Made by a program: the position numbers and the translations under genes. 64,000 nucleotides of DNA from a virus (taxonomy: Duplodnaviria; Caudoviricetes), in IMG/VR virus record IMGVR_UViG_3300031857_000139, positions 2,066 through 66,065 of that record; one strand, written 5' to 3'. The notes under the pieces were generated by a model. That model was given only the letters and a program-made list of their open reading frames with translations, did not search any database and was not told where the DNA came from. Of the stretch, positions 40,833 to 50,402 are shown in pieces (position 1 is the first letter of the stretch; every line of letters starts with the position of its first letter).

Positions 40833-41119
40833 TTAGAAAAATTAATGCTATTTTATCTTTAGTTCCTAATGCAGAAGTTTCTGTAACTGATACAGAAGTC
40901 ATTTGGCACAATCCTTCTACACCGCCTATAACCGATGCAGAGATAAATGCTGAACTTGCTCGACTACAAGCCGAGTATAATGCTAATGAATACCAACGCA
41001 AACGTGCTGCTGAATACCCACCAATCACAGAGCAGTTAGATAAAATATTTCATGATGGTATAGAAGAATGGAAAAAAGAAATACAAGCAGTCAAAGACAA
41101 ATATCCTAAAGGCGAATAA
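40829..41119 (+). CDS. Family D partner protein
   Basis: Start moved to ATG 40829 (ATGA overlap as in paralogs). YQRKRAAEYPPITEQLD...AVKDKYPK. Confidence 0.7.
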   Translation: MIRKINAILSLVPNAEVSVTDTEVIWHNPSTPPITDAEINAELARLQAEYNANEYQRKRAAEYPPITEQLDKIFHDGIEEWKKEIQAVKDKYPKGE

Positions 41120-41715
41120 TGGCAGTTAAACTTTTATCTTCTTCTAATGGATCAGTAACACTTGATGTGCCAGTTACATCGAGTAACTTTGCTCTGACTT
41201 TGCCTGCGGCTAATGGTACGGTGATTACAACTGGCTCTACAGGTCAAGTTATTCCTAAGGCTGCATTACCAACTGGTAGTGTGTTGCAAGTAATTCAGGC
41301 TACAACAGCATCTCCAACAAGCACAGGAGTAAATGATTCAACTTATATAGCTACAGGTTTATCTGCAACAATAACACCAACTAGTGCTACCAGTAAAATT
41401 TTAATTTTAATAATGGCAAGAATTATTATATATGAACCTAATGCTAACGGAGAAACAGGAACTGGATTTGCAATTTTTAGAAATGGTTCCTCTGTATTTC
41501 AAGATGCAAGTGGTTATATGGGAATGTATATAAATGCTGCTTCTTCAAGTAATATTAGCAATATTCGCACAACAGTGCCAATTAATTATCTGGATAGTCC
41601 TTCATCTACTTCTGCATTAACTTATGTTTTTAGGATAAATTCATACTTAGGTAGAACTGCTCTTAATACAGACGGACAAACTTCAGTAATCATTTTAATG
41701 GAGATTGCGGCATGA
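41119..41715 (+). CDS. Fibre head protein, family C
   Basis: GSVLQVIQ...[18 protein letters not shown]...YLDSPSSTSALTY...LMEIAA. Confidence 0.7.
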   Translation: MAVKLLSSSNGSVTLDVPVTSSNFALTLPAANGTVITTGSTGQVIPKAALPTGSVLQVIQATTASPTSTGVNDSTYIATGLSATITPTSATSKILILIMARIIIYEPNANGETGTGFAIFRNGSSVFQDASGYMGMYINAASSSNISNIRTTVPINYLDSPSSTSALTYVFRINSYLGRTALNTDGQTSVIILMEIAA

Positions 41716-42020
41716 GTATTGAAAAACTCCATAAAGCTGTTTTTGCTTTATATCCAAATATCATTGCTGTTCATGGTGGTGATATTGATTCTTTAGAAGC
41801 AATAGATAAAACAGAAAAAAATATTGTTATCGACAAAAATGCGGTACTTAATTGGCAAGACCCAAATGAATACAAGTATCAAAGAGCCAAAGAGTACCCA
41901 TCACTTGCTGACTTTGCTGATGCCTATTACTGGATGCAAAAAGGTCAAACTGATTTGATGGATGAATATGTGGCCAAATGTGATGCCGTTAAAAATAAAT
42001 TTCCTAAGGAAACAACATAA
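41712..42020 (+). CDS. Family D partner protein
   Basis: ALYP...WQDPNEYKYQRAKEYPS...AVKNKFPK. ATGA overlap. Confidence 0.7.
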   Translation: MSIEKLHKAVFALYPNIIAVHGGDIDSLEAIDKTEKNIVIDKNAVLNWQDPNEYKYQRAKEYPSLADFADAYYWMQKGQTDLMDEYVAKCDAVKNKFPKETT

Positions 42021-43132
42021 TGCCAATCGCAGTTAGTGGATCTAATATTGTATTTGCCGATGGTTCTTCTATCGCAAGTGGCTTTACTGGCTTCAAGAAT
42101 AAGATAATTAACGGAGCCATGACGATTGACCAGCGTAATGCTGGTGCTAGTGTTACTCCTACTTCAAGCACTTATATAGTAGATAGATTTCAAACTATCC
42201 TTAGTGTTGCATCCAAATTAAGTTTTCAGCAAACAAGCACAGCACCTGTAGGATTTTCTAACAGTTTAAAAATTACATCTACTTCAGCATATAGTTTGGG
42301 TGCTGCTGATTATTTTCAGGTTGAACAATCAATTGAAGGATTTAACACTGCCGACCTTAACTGGGGAACTGCAAACGCTAAGACTGTAACATTATCGTTT
42401 TGGGTTCAATCCAGTTTAACTGGAACTTTTGGAATGTTTTTTGCAAATGGTGCTAATGATAGGCGTTATCCAGCAACATATACAATTTCTTCTGCAAATA
42501 CTTGGGAATATAAAACTATTACGCTAGTTGGCGATACAACTGGCACATGGAATACAACTAATTCAACTGGATTAAGGATTGTTTGGCCATTAGGTTATGG
42601 GTCAAACTATACTAGTGGAACTGCTGGTGCGTGGGTTAATTCTACTAGTTCTAATTTTATTCCAGCTGGATGCGTTTCCGTAGTCGGCACAAACGGAGCA
42701 ACCTTCTATATCACCGGCGTTCAGCTGGAAGCCGGCTCTTCGGCTACAAGTTTTGAATACCGTGATTACGGAAATGAATTGAGAATGTGTCAGCGGTATT
42801 ACTACAGAAAAAGCACACAAATAGCTAACAGCGATATGAGATATGGAATGGGATTTAGTGGAAGCGGAAGTACCACTACTGCTTATATTGATGTTACTCT
42901 ACCTGTAAATATGAGGGTAGGTCCAACATCGGTTGATTGGACCAATACAATCGCTTTGTGGGCAGGTGCTACTAATTTTCAAGTTACCGCTATAAGTGTT
43001 TATACATCTGGTGCTGGTACAACAAGTTGTTTATTGCAATGCACATCTAGTGGTTTAACTGGTGAAAAACCATATCAATTAGTAGGATACGCTAGTGGTG
43101 GTGCTTCTCTTGGTTTAAGTGCGGAATTATAA
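42020..43132 (+). CDS. Fibre head protein, family F (carbohydrate-binding-like jelly-roll predicted)
   Basis: GFKN.IINGAM.IDQRN.GASVT..DR...Q.IEGFN.ADL.WGTANAKT.TLSFWV...ITGVQLE.G...T.FEYRDYGNELRMCQRYY. Confidence 0.72.
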   Translation: MPIAVSGSNIVFADGSSIASGFTGFKNKIINGAMTIDQRNAGASVTPTSSTYIVDRFQTILSVASKLSFQQTSTAPVGFSNSLKITSTSAYSLGAADYFQVEQSIEGFNTADLNWGTANAKTVTLSFWVQSSLTGTFGMFFANGANDRRYPATYTISSANTWEYKTITLVGDTTGTWNTTNSTGLRIVWPLGYGSNYTSGTAGAWVNSTSSNFIPAGCVSVVGTNGATFYITGVQLEAGSSATSFEYRDYGNELRMCQRYYYRKSTQIANSDMRYGMGFSGSGSTTTAYIDVTLPVNMRVGPTSVDWTNTIALWAGATNFQVTAISVYTSGAGTTSCLLQCTSSGLTGEKPYQLVGYASGGASLGLSAEL

Positions 43133-43134
43133 AA

Positions 43135-43359
43135 ATGAACAAAATATTTATTAATAAAAATTTAAAAGGTCAGGATACCTTGCATATTATTCGCCAAACT
43201 GGTGAAGAATCATTTACGTCTTTTCCAATACAAACAGACAATCCAAATTGGGTATCATTAAAAGCACAAATCCTTGTTGACAGAGCCACACTACAAGACG
43301 CTGATGGTAACACAATGACAGCAGAAGAAGCAAAACAATTTATTGCAACACTACCATAA
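43135..43359 (+). CDS. Small partner of family F heads
   Basis: NP.......ATLQDADG.TMTA.EAK..IATLP, shared with 49438. Confidence 0.7.
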   Translation: MNKIFINKNLKGQDTLHIIRQTGEESFTSFPIQTDNPNWVSLKAQILVDRATLQDADGNTMTAEEAKQFIATLP

Positions 43360-43366
43360 AAAATAA

Positions 43367-43948
43367 ATGGCAACCAATTCTAACTTCATAATTAAAAATG
43401 GCCTGACAGTAGGCGCTAACACCGTTATTGCTGCCAATGGTATGTGGGTTGGTGCAAACACAAATCTAATTGGTGCTACAGGTCCACAAGGCGCTAGCGG
43501 TCCAACAGGACCTACAGGCCTCACAGGTCCTACAGGTCCAGGTGGTCCTGCCGGTCCTACAGGTCCTACTGGTGCAACAGGTATTGGTGCTACAGGTGCC
43601 ACAGGTCCTGATGGTCCAATCGGTCCTACAGGCGCAACAGGTCCAGCCGGTCCAACAGGACCTCAAGGCGCAACAGGTGTAACAGGTCCTACCGGCCCAG
43701 CAGGACCAATCGGACCAGGAGGCCCAACAGGACCAACTGGACCTGCAGGTGCTACAGGAGTATTCTCTGGCACCACAACAGAACAAATTATTACAAGCAA
43801 CACAACAGTATCTACATCAAACACAACAGGTGCTTTGATTGTTGCTGGCGGTGCAGGTATTTCTGGTAATGTATATGCCAATGCCGTGTATGCCAATAAT
43901 GTAGACATCATTAATACCAGCATCGTATACTCTATGGTGCTCGGATAA
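43367..43948 (+). CDS. Collagen-like hub fibre 3 (FIIKNGL N-terminus, ends SIVYSMVLG)
   Basis: Third copy of the [14 protein letters not shown]-terminus, long G-P/A-T tract, TGAL.V.GG.GI.G repeat. Confidence 0.8.
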   Translation: MATNSNFIIKNGLTVGANTVIAANGMWVGANTNLIGATGPQGASGPTGPTGLTGPTGPGGPAGPTGPTGATGIGATGATGPDGPIGPTGATGPAGPTGPQGATGVTGPTGPAGPIGPGGPTGPTGPAGATGVFSGTTTEQIITSNTTVSTSNTTGALIVAGGAGISGNVYANAVYANNVDIINTSIVYSMVLG

Positions 43949-43969
43949 ATATGTAATTAGGAATACAAT

Positions 43970-44299
43970 ATGCCAAATACCCTTACCTCATACGTCAACA
44001 AAGATGTGCCAACGACAAACGCTACGGTTGTCACAGCATCTACTGGTTCACAAACGACCATCATTGGTCTAAGTTGCACCAATACATCAGTTGCAAATAA
44101 CATCACTGCTAACGTATACATCACTCGTTCAGGTGTTGATTACTTTGTGGCACGATTTGCACCAATACCAACAGGTGGTTCTCTTGTTGTGGTAGGTGGT
44201 GACCAAAAATTGGTTCTCAATGCAGGAGATATATTGCGTGTATCATCTTCTGCAAACACCTCGATGGATGTTATTACATCTGCTCTTGTAATTACTTAA
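43970..44299 (+). CDS. Small beta-sandwich adaptor protein
   Basis: T.IIGL...N.....TA.V....IP.GGSL.VVGG.QKLVL..GD.L.V.S. GATAAATA lies upstream at 43944-43951. Confidence 0.62.
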   Translation: MPNTLTSYVNKDVPTTNATVVTASTGSQTTIIGLSCTNTSVANNITANVYITRSGVDYFVARFAPIPTGGSLVVVGGDQKLVLNAGDILRVSSSANTSMDVITSALVIT

Positions 44300-44308
44300 A
44301 GGTAAACC

Positions 44309-46141
44309 ATGGGTTATTTGGGTAATAGCAATGTCGTTCAAAATTTTACACCTGCTGTTGATTACTTTAACGGCAATGGTTCAACTACTGCCTTTACATT
44401 AAGTCGCACAGTTGGCTCTGCATTTGATTTGCAGGCATTTATTGAAAATGTACCACAAAATCCATCTTCTGCATTTACGGTAGCAGGTAATGTAATCACA
44501 TTTACTTCTGCACCACCTAGCGGAACAAATAACATCTATGTTCGCTACACATCTCCAGTAACTCAATTGGTGAAGCCGGCTCCTGGTACGGTAGGTACAA
44601 CAGAAATAGCTAGTAGTGTTACACTTACAACACCATCAATTTCAGGCAATCTCACTTTCACAGGCACAGGTGTTCGTATTACTGGTGATTTTAGTAACGC
44701 TACTGTTGCTAATCGGGTATTGTTTCAATCCAGCACTACTAATGGATCAACAACTGTTGGATTAATTCCTAATGGAACAGGAACGCAATGTGCATGGAAC
44801 GCATATAACGGAACTGATACAGCAAATGCTGGTGTAGGTGCATTTATTATTAATACCAATGAATTGCGTATTCAATCTAATGCTGTTGGTACAGGCTCTT
44901 ATGTGCCTCTCACAATGTATACAGGCGGTAGCGAAAGACTACGCATAGATACTAGTGGTAATGTTGGAATTGGAACAACTAGTCCTGCAGCTACTTTAGA
45001 TGTTGGATCTTCAGTTGCTAGAAGTGGTGCAGCTCAAAATAACATTTATGCAGACTATAGAATTACCGCCGCAACTACTGGAGTAGTTAGTTCTTTTGCA
45101 TCACGAATTGTTGGTATTGGTGGTTCAACTTATACAATTCCTGATGCCGCTGTTTATAAAGCCGATCCTATTGTTGCTCAAACAGGCGTCACAATTACCA
45201 ATTCGTATGGTTTATACATTGGCAATATGTCAGACCCAATAAGCGGTGGCTCAGTAACTAATCCTTGGGGTATTTACCAAGCAACTTCTAGTAATAAAAA
45301 TTATTTTGCTGGCGATGTTGGTATTGGTACTAACAATCCTCAATATCCATTAACACTTGTTAACTCAACAGCAAATAAAGAAATTCTTTTTGTTAAAGGA
45401 TCCAATACAAATACTGGTACCGGTCTTGCTGGTGAAGGACCAGTTGCGATTCAGAATACCAATAATACCGTTGGTAATATGGCAGCTATCTCTAATTTTG
45501 ATTCTGGTGGAAACATTAATGGTCAAATAAATTTTATTAATACAGACCAAGCTGCTGGTGGAGCAATAGGATTTACTACTCGTACCAACGGAGGCGCTTC
45601 GTATGGTGAACGGATGCGTGTTACACAAAATGGCGGTACAAGATTTCAATGTGAAAACTATAATGCTCAGCCTAGTTCAACAAATGGCGGCGTTGAAATT
45701 AACAATACAAACGCTAGCTCAACATTTTTTGGGTTTGGAACAGGAACAGAAACACATATAAACTTTGGTAATAGAAATGGTATTCGTGGTTCTATTCAAA
45801 CAACAAGCGGTGGGACTTCATACAACACAACTTCTGACTACCGATTAAAAGAAAATATTGTACCTATGACTGGTGCATTGGCAAAAGTTTCACAACTTAA
45901 TCCAGTTACTTACAATTGGAAAATAGGTGGAAACGGTCAAGGATTTATTGCTCATGAATTACAAGAAGTTGTTCCTGAAGCTGTTACTGGTGAAAAAGAT
46001 GCTGTAGATGAAAATGATGAACCAAAATATCAGATGGTTGATACATCATTCCTAGTAGCCACATTGACTGCTGCTATACAAGAACAACAAGCAATCATAG
46101 AGAATTTAAAAGCTCGCATTGAAATACTGGAGGATAAATGA
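44309..46141 (+). CDS. Tail fibre with MGYLGN N-terminus and C-terminal S74 chaperone
   Basis: FNGNGSTTAFTL..Q.P..A....G..ITF.SAP domain, [15 protein letters not shown] repeats, TSDYRLKENI...GFIAHELQEVVPEAVTGEKD...L..AIQE. Confidence 0.82.
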   Translation: MGYLGNSNVVQNFTPAVDYFNGNGSTTAFTLSRTVGSAFDLQAFIENVPQNPSSAFTVAGNVITFTSAPPSGTNNIYVRYTSPVTQLVKPAPGTVGTTEIASSVTLTTPSISGNLTFTGTGVRITGDFSNATVANRVLFQSSTTNGSTTVGLIPNGTGTQCAWNAYNGTDTANAGVGAFIINTNELRIQSNAVGTGSYVPLTMYTGGSERLRIDTSGNVGIGTTSPAATLDVGSSVARSGAAQNNIYADYRITAATTGVVSSFASRIVGIGGSTYTIPDAAVYKADPIVAQTGVTITNSYGLYIGNMSDPISGGSVTNPWGIYQATSSNKNYFAGDVGIGTNNPQYPLTLVNSTANKEILFVKGSNTNTGTGLAGEGPVAIQNTNNTVGNMAAISNFDSGGNINGQINFINTDQAAGGAIGFTTRTNGGASYGERMRVTQNGGTRFQCENYNAQPSSTNGGVEINNTNASSTFFGFGTGTETHINFGNRNGIRGSIQTTSGGTSYNTTSDYRLKENIVPMTGALAKVSQLNPVTYNWKIGGNGQGFIAHELQEVVPEAVTGEKDAVDENDEPKYQMVDTSFLVATLTAAIQEQQAIIENLKARIEILEDK

Positions 46142-46488
46142 GTCATTTTGCGAAAGTCTTAGATGGTAAAGTTACACAAGTGATTGTGGCTGAACCAGAT
46201 TTTTTTAATACATTTGTTGATACAAGTCCGGGTGAATGGATTCAAACGAGTTATAACACCCATGGCAATCAACATACTCAAGGCGGTACTCCGCTTCGTG
46301 GCAACTATGCAGGTATTGGTTACACATACGACAGAACAAATGATGTGTTCTATGCACCACGACCATTTGCAAGTTGGATACTAAATGAAACTACATGGCT
46401 ATGGGAAGCACCAACACCATATCCAAATGATGATAAAAGATATGAGTGGGACGAAGCAACAATTTCTTGGAAAGAAGTAACAGAATAA
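46138..46488 (+). CDS. Conserved small partner of the glycine-rich head
   Basis: MSHFAKV....V..VIVA...WIQTSYN...LRGNYAGIG.TYD...D.F..P.P..SW.L....W..P.PYP.D...Y.WDE. Confidence 0.68.
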   Translation: MSHFAKVLDGKVTQVIVAEPDFFNTFVDTSPGEWIQTSYNTHGNQHTQGGTPLRGNYAGIGYTYDRTNDVFYAPRPFASWILNETTWLWEAPTPYPNDDKRYEWDEATISWKEVTE

Positions 46489-46489
46489 T

Positions 46490-47380
46490 ATGCCAATTAG
46501 TCAGATACCTGCTGTAGGTCTATCTCAAAATGGAAGTGTATCGTCTTATCACATTCAACATTTAACTGTTGCTGGTGGAGGTGGCGGTGGTAGCGGCAAT
46601 GGCGGTGGTGGAGGCGGCGGTGGTGTAATTCAAGGATATTTAACTTTAACATCCGGTTCTACTTACACAGTTACCGTTGGTGCTGGAGGATCTGGAACTC
46701 CACAAAATACGGCTGCTGTTGGTTCAAATGGCACCAACTCAGTTATATCAGGATCAGGAATAACAACACAAACCGCTATTGGTGGTGGTGGCGGTGGATC
46801 TGGTTACGGTTCAGGAGCTTTTAATACCGGTGCTTCTGGCGGTTCTGGTGGCGGTGGCGGTACAAACGCTCAAGGTGGTAATAATGACGGAACATTAAAT
46901 CAAGGATGTGTTGCTGGTGCTGGTGGCGGATCATCTGCTAGTAGTTGGTTTGGTGGCGGTGGTGGTGGAGCTGGCGGTACAGGATTTGCCGGAAATCAAG
47001 CATCAATTGGTTCTAAAACATTAGGCGGCACAGGCGGTAATGCATTAGCAAGTTTCATTTCAGGAACACAAGTATTTTATGCTGGTGGCGGTGGTGGTGG
47101 GTGTGCTAACGGGCAATTAGGTGGTCAAGGCGGTTCTAAAGTTGGTGGCAACGGACAAGCTGGTGCTGCTGGTTCTTCAGCTGTATCCAACACAGGCGGC
47201 GGTGGTGGCGGTGGTGGTTACGTTCAAAGTGGTGATACAGGATACGCTGGAGGTAACGGCGGTTCAGGTGTTGTAATTATTTCCTATCTTGGTGCTCAAC
47301 GAGGCACAGGTGGTACAATAACATCTGTTGGTGGATATACTATACATACATTCACTTCAAGTGGATCTTATATAGCTTAA
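46490..47380 (+). CDS. Glycine-rich (polyglycine) head protein
   Basis: VAGGGGGG..GGGGGGG, YTVTVGAGG, YAGGGGG, NTGGGGGG, GGSGVVII.Y, YTIHTFTSSG. Confidence 0.72.
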   Translation: MPISQIPAVGLSQNGSVSSYHIQHLTVAGGGGGGSGNGGGGGGGGVIQGYLTLTSGSTYTVTVGAGGSGTPQNTAAVGSNGTNSVISGSGITTQTAIGGGGGGSGYGSGAFNTGASGGSGGGGGTNAQGGNNDGTLNQGCVAGAGGGSSASSWFGGGGGGAGGTGFAGNQASIGSKTLGGTGGNALASFISGTQVFYAGGGGGGCANGQLGGQGGSKVGGNGQAGAAGSSAVSNTGGGGGGGGYVQSGDTGYAGGNGGSGVVIISYLGAQRGTGGTITSVGGYTIHTFTSSGSYIA

Positions 47381-47390
47381 AGGTTAATTA

Positions 47391-48380
47391 ATGTCATATA
47401 TCGGAAATAGTCCCTCGCAATCAGCATTTGTCACCGATTTATTTAACGGTGATAATAGCACGACTGCATTTACCATGTCGGTTTCACCGGCTAATCCAGC
47501 TTCTATACTTGTAGCGGTATCTGGTGTTCTACAATCTCCTGACACATACTCTGTTTCAGGCCGCACACTTAACTTCTCAGCGGCACCACCAAGTGCCACA
47601 GGAAATATTTCTGTAAGATATTTGGGAATACCTGCATCAGGTGTTACTACAACGGCATACAGAACTCTTACAGAATATACTGCAACGGCTGGTCAAACCA
47701 CATTTACACCACCAAGTTACACAGTAGGATTTATTAATGTGTTTCGTAATGGCGTCATGTTAGGCACAGCAGATTACACAGCAAGTAATGGTACAAGTGT
47801 TGTATTAGCCAATGCGTGTTCTTCTGGTGATTTAGTGGTCGTAGAAAGTTTCTATGTAAGCTCGGTACTCAATGCAATACCGGCTACAGCCAATGCAGTA
47901 AATACTTTGTTGATTTCTGATGGTGCAATTACACAAAACAAATTGGCAACAGGAGTATCATCAACTGGTCCTGCTTTTTATGCATATACAACAGGTAGTC
48001 AAACTATTTCTAGTGGAGTATTGACCAAAGTATTATTAGATACAGAAAAATATGACACAAATAGTAATTTTGCATCCTCTACTTTTACACCAACTGTTGC
48101 TGGTTATTATCAAATAAATGGTTCTATCAGGTTTGATGGTGGGTCAGGGACAAGAGCAGTAATAGGCATTTATAAAAACGGATCTGCGTATTCTTTTTCT
48201 TCAGACTTATCTTACTCAATGTCACAGGTAACTATACTTGTTTCAACTTTAGTTTACATGAACGGCACTACCGATTACATTGATTTGTATGGTGCTTATA
48301 CTAACGGAAGTACCTCAGCTATTGGTGTTGGTAGAGCGTATGATACTTACATGAACGGTTTCTTAGCGAGGGCTGCATAA
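47391..48380 (+). CDS. Branching fibre protein with MSYIGN N-terminus and C1q/TNF-like head (family G)
   Basis: FNGDNSTTAFT domain, YTATAGQTTF domain, then PAFYAY...FTPTVAGYYQIN...YMNGTTDYI.LY...GFL.RAA. Confidence 0.72.
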   Translation: MSYIGNSPSQSAFVTDLFNGDNSTTAFTMSVSPANPASILVAVSGVLQSPDTYSVSGRTLNFSAAPPSATGNISVRYLGIPASGVTTTAYRTLTEYTATAGQTTFTPPSYTVGFINVFRNGVMLGTADYTASNGTSVVLANACSSGDLVVVESFYVSSVLNAIPATANAVNTLLISDGAITQNKLATGVSSTGPAFYAYTTGSQTISSGVLTKVLLDTEKYDTNSNFASSTFTPTVAGYYQINGSIRFDGGSGTRAVIGIYKNGSAYSFSSDLSYSMSQVTILVSTLVYMNGTTDYIDLYGAYTNGSTSAIGVGRAYDTYMNGFLARAA

Positions 48381-49435
48381 TGACACAAGCAATTCAAGTA
48401 GCTCAATACGGTTCATCAGGTGTTTCTCTTGGCTTCAAGAATAGGATTATTAACGGAGCCATGGTAATAGACCAGAGGAATGGTGGTGCAAGTGTTACAT
48501 TACCAAGTGGCACCACAAGAACACTGGATAGGTGGACTTTATATTCCGCAGAATCATCAAAATATTCTTGCCAACAAAATGCTGGTTCTGTAACTCCTCC
48601 GGCAGGATTTGTTAATTACCTAGGAATAACTTCATTAGCTGCTACTACACCAGCCACAGAAGATGTTTATGTTGTTCGGCAATATATCGAGGGATTTAAT
48701 ATTGCTGATTTGGCATGGGGAACCGCAAATGCTAAAACTATTACCTTATCTTTTTGGGTTCGTTCTTCATTAACAGGAACTTTTGGTGGCGCATTAAAAA
48801 ATGGTGCCGGTGATTACTCATACCCATTTACATACACAATATCTCAAGCAAATACTTGGGAATATAAAACTCTTACCGTACCTGGTTCAACAAGCGGAAC
48901 TTGGTTAACAACTAATGGCCTTGGATTGTCTTTAGTATTTTCATTAGGATCAGGATCTTTTTATGCCGGTTCAGCCGGATCTTGGTCAAATAATTCTTAT
49001 TTTACCGCAACAGGATCCACCAATGTTGTTGGCACGAATGGTGCTACATGGTATATTACTGGAGTCCAGGTGGAAGTAGGTTCTTTATCCACAACTTTTG
49101 AATATAGGGATTATGGAAATGAATTGAGAATGTGTCAGCGGTATTATGAGAGTGGTTCTGCTAACCCATCATGTTTTGCGGATCAGTTTGGAAATGCTGT
49201 TTGGGAAGGATTTTATAAAGTTGATAAACGGGCAGCAGGAACATTTACCTATAATGATGCAAACGGCAATACTGGAAAAATTGCAAGATGGTTTACTGGT
49301 TCATATTCTTCTAATGTTACTCCTTCTGGATTATCAGCTGATGGTACAAAAAGATTTTCTGGAAATATTACAGGTTTATCCGCAGGAACATTAGTAAAAG
49401 TTGGGTTTAACTGGTTTCAAGACTCGGAGATATAA
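48380..49435 (+). CDS. Fibre head protein, family F
   Basis: Paralog of 42020 up to ELRMCQRYY, with an unrelated C-terminal ~95 aa. Confidence 0.72.
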   Translation: MTQAIQVAQYGSSGVSLGFKNRIINGAMVIDQRNGGASVTLPSGTTRTLDRWTLYSAESSKYSCQQNAGSVTPPAGFVNYLGITSLAATTPATEDVYVVRQYIEGFNIADLAWGTANAKTITLSFWVRSSLTGTFGGALKNGAGDYSYPFTYTISQANTWEYKTLTVPGSTSGTWLTTNGLGLSLVFSLGSGSFYAGSAGSWSNNSYFTATGSTNVVGTNGATWYITGVQVEVGSLSTTFEYRDYGNELRMCQRYYESGSANPSCFADQFGNAVWEGFYKVDKRAAGTFTYNDANGNTGKIARWFTGSYSSNVTPSGLSADGTKRFSGNITGLSAGTLVKVGFNWFQDSEI

Positions 49436-49437
49436 AA

Positions 49438-49641
49438 ATGTATGAATTAATTAAAAAATTTGACAATACAGAATACATTAAACGACAATCTGATGGAGCA
49501 TCTATTTCAATCGAATCAACTAATCCTGATTATCAAAACTTTAAAAAGCAAATCAATACTGACGAAGCCACACTACAAGATGCTGATGGTGATACCATGA
49601 CTGCCGCTGAAGCCAAAGCATATATAGCGACATTACCATAG
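49438..49641 (+). CDS. Small partner of family F heads
   Basis: NPDYQ.F...ATLQDADGDTMTAAEAKAYIATLP. Confidence 0.7.
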   Translation: MYELIKKFDNTEYIKRQSDGASISIESTNPDYQNFKKQINTDEATLQDADGDTMTAAEAKAYIATLP

Positions 49642-49650
49642 AGAATAAAT

Positions 49651-49854
49651 ATGCCATTAACTAAAATACAAAATGCAATGGTGGGTAATAGTAGTAATAT
49701 TGCTTTTACTCCTGCTGTTCCTATTATTGAGAACACACAGAATGTTACCAGTGCATATACAATTACAGCCAATAACTCGGCAATGTCGGTAGGTCCGGTT
49801 ACATTATCGGCCAACGTAACTATTAATTCAGGAAGTAGGTGGGTAATCCTATGA
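49651..49854 (+). CDS. Minimal branching adaptor (MPLTKI N-terminus plus C-terminal GPVT motif)
   Basis: Ends EN...VT..YTI....SAMSVGPVT....VTINSGSRWVIL. Confidence 0.68.
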   Translation: MPLTKIQNAMVGNSSNIAFTPAVPIIENTQNVTSAYTITANNSAMSVGPVTLSANVTINSGSRWVIL

Positions 49855-50402
49855 GTTCATTAATCATCAAAGGTGATACATCAGGAGCAATTACATTATC
49901 TGCACCGAATGCTGCAGGTGATAGCACATATACTTTACCGGCAGTCAATGGTAGTGTGATGGTGAGTGGTAATATGCCAGCGTTTTTTGCTTATAAAAAT
50001 GGTGTTCCTCAATCTATAACAAATGCCACTTTTACTAAAATAACATTTAATGCTTTTGATTATAATACTGCTGGATCTATGTTTTCTTCTTCCACATTTA
50101 CACCTACTATTGCTGGTTATTATCAGATAAGCGCAGGAATATCCAATTTAGCCGGTAACACACCAACAAGAACCATTGTTTCAATTTTTAAAAACGGATC
50201 TGGTTATGCTGGTTTTGGAGATTATACAAATTCAAGTTCATATAGAACTTATGGATCAGTTTTAGTTTATTGTAATGGAACAACCGATTACATTGAATTG
50301 TATGCATATTTGGCGGGTTCAAGTTTATCTGTTGATTATGGTCAAAGCACAGGTGTTGGTTATAATACCTATATGTCTGGTGTTTTAGTGAGGGCCGCAT
50401 AA
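49851..50402 (+). CDS. Fibre head protein, family G (C1q/TNF-like)
   Basis: Start moved to ATG 49851 (ATGA overlap). PAFFAY...FTPTIAGYYQI...YCNGTTDYIELY...G.LVRAA. Confidence 0.7.
   Translation: MSSLIIKGDTSGAITLSAPNAAGDSTYTLPAVNGSVMVSGNMPAFFAYKNGVPQSITNATFTKITFNAFDYNTAGSMFSSSTFTPTIAGYYQISAGISNLAGNTPTRTIVSIFKNGSGYAGFGDYTNSSSYRTYGSVLVYCNGTTDYIELYAYLAGSSLSVDYGQSTGVGYNTYMSGVLVRAA

Noticed and set aside
2193-49850. ORF-track starts at 2193, 3152, 3834, 40658 and 49839
   Set aside because: These extensions overlap upstream genes. Downstream ATGs (2229, 3155, 3897, 40829, 49851) match family N-termini or coupling patterns.
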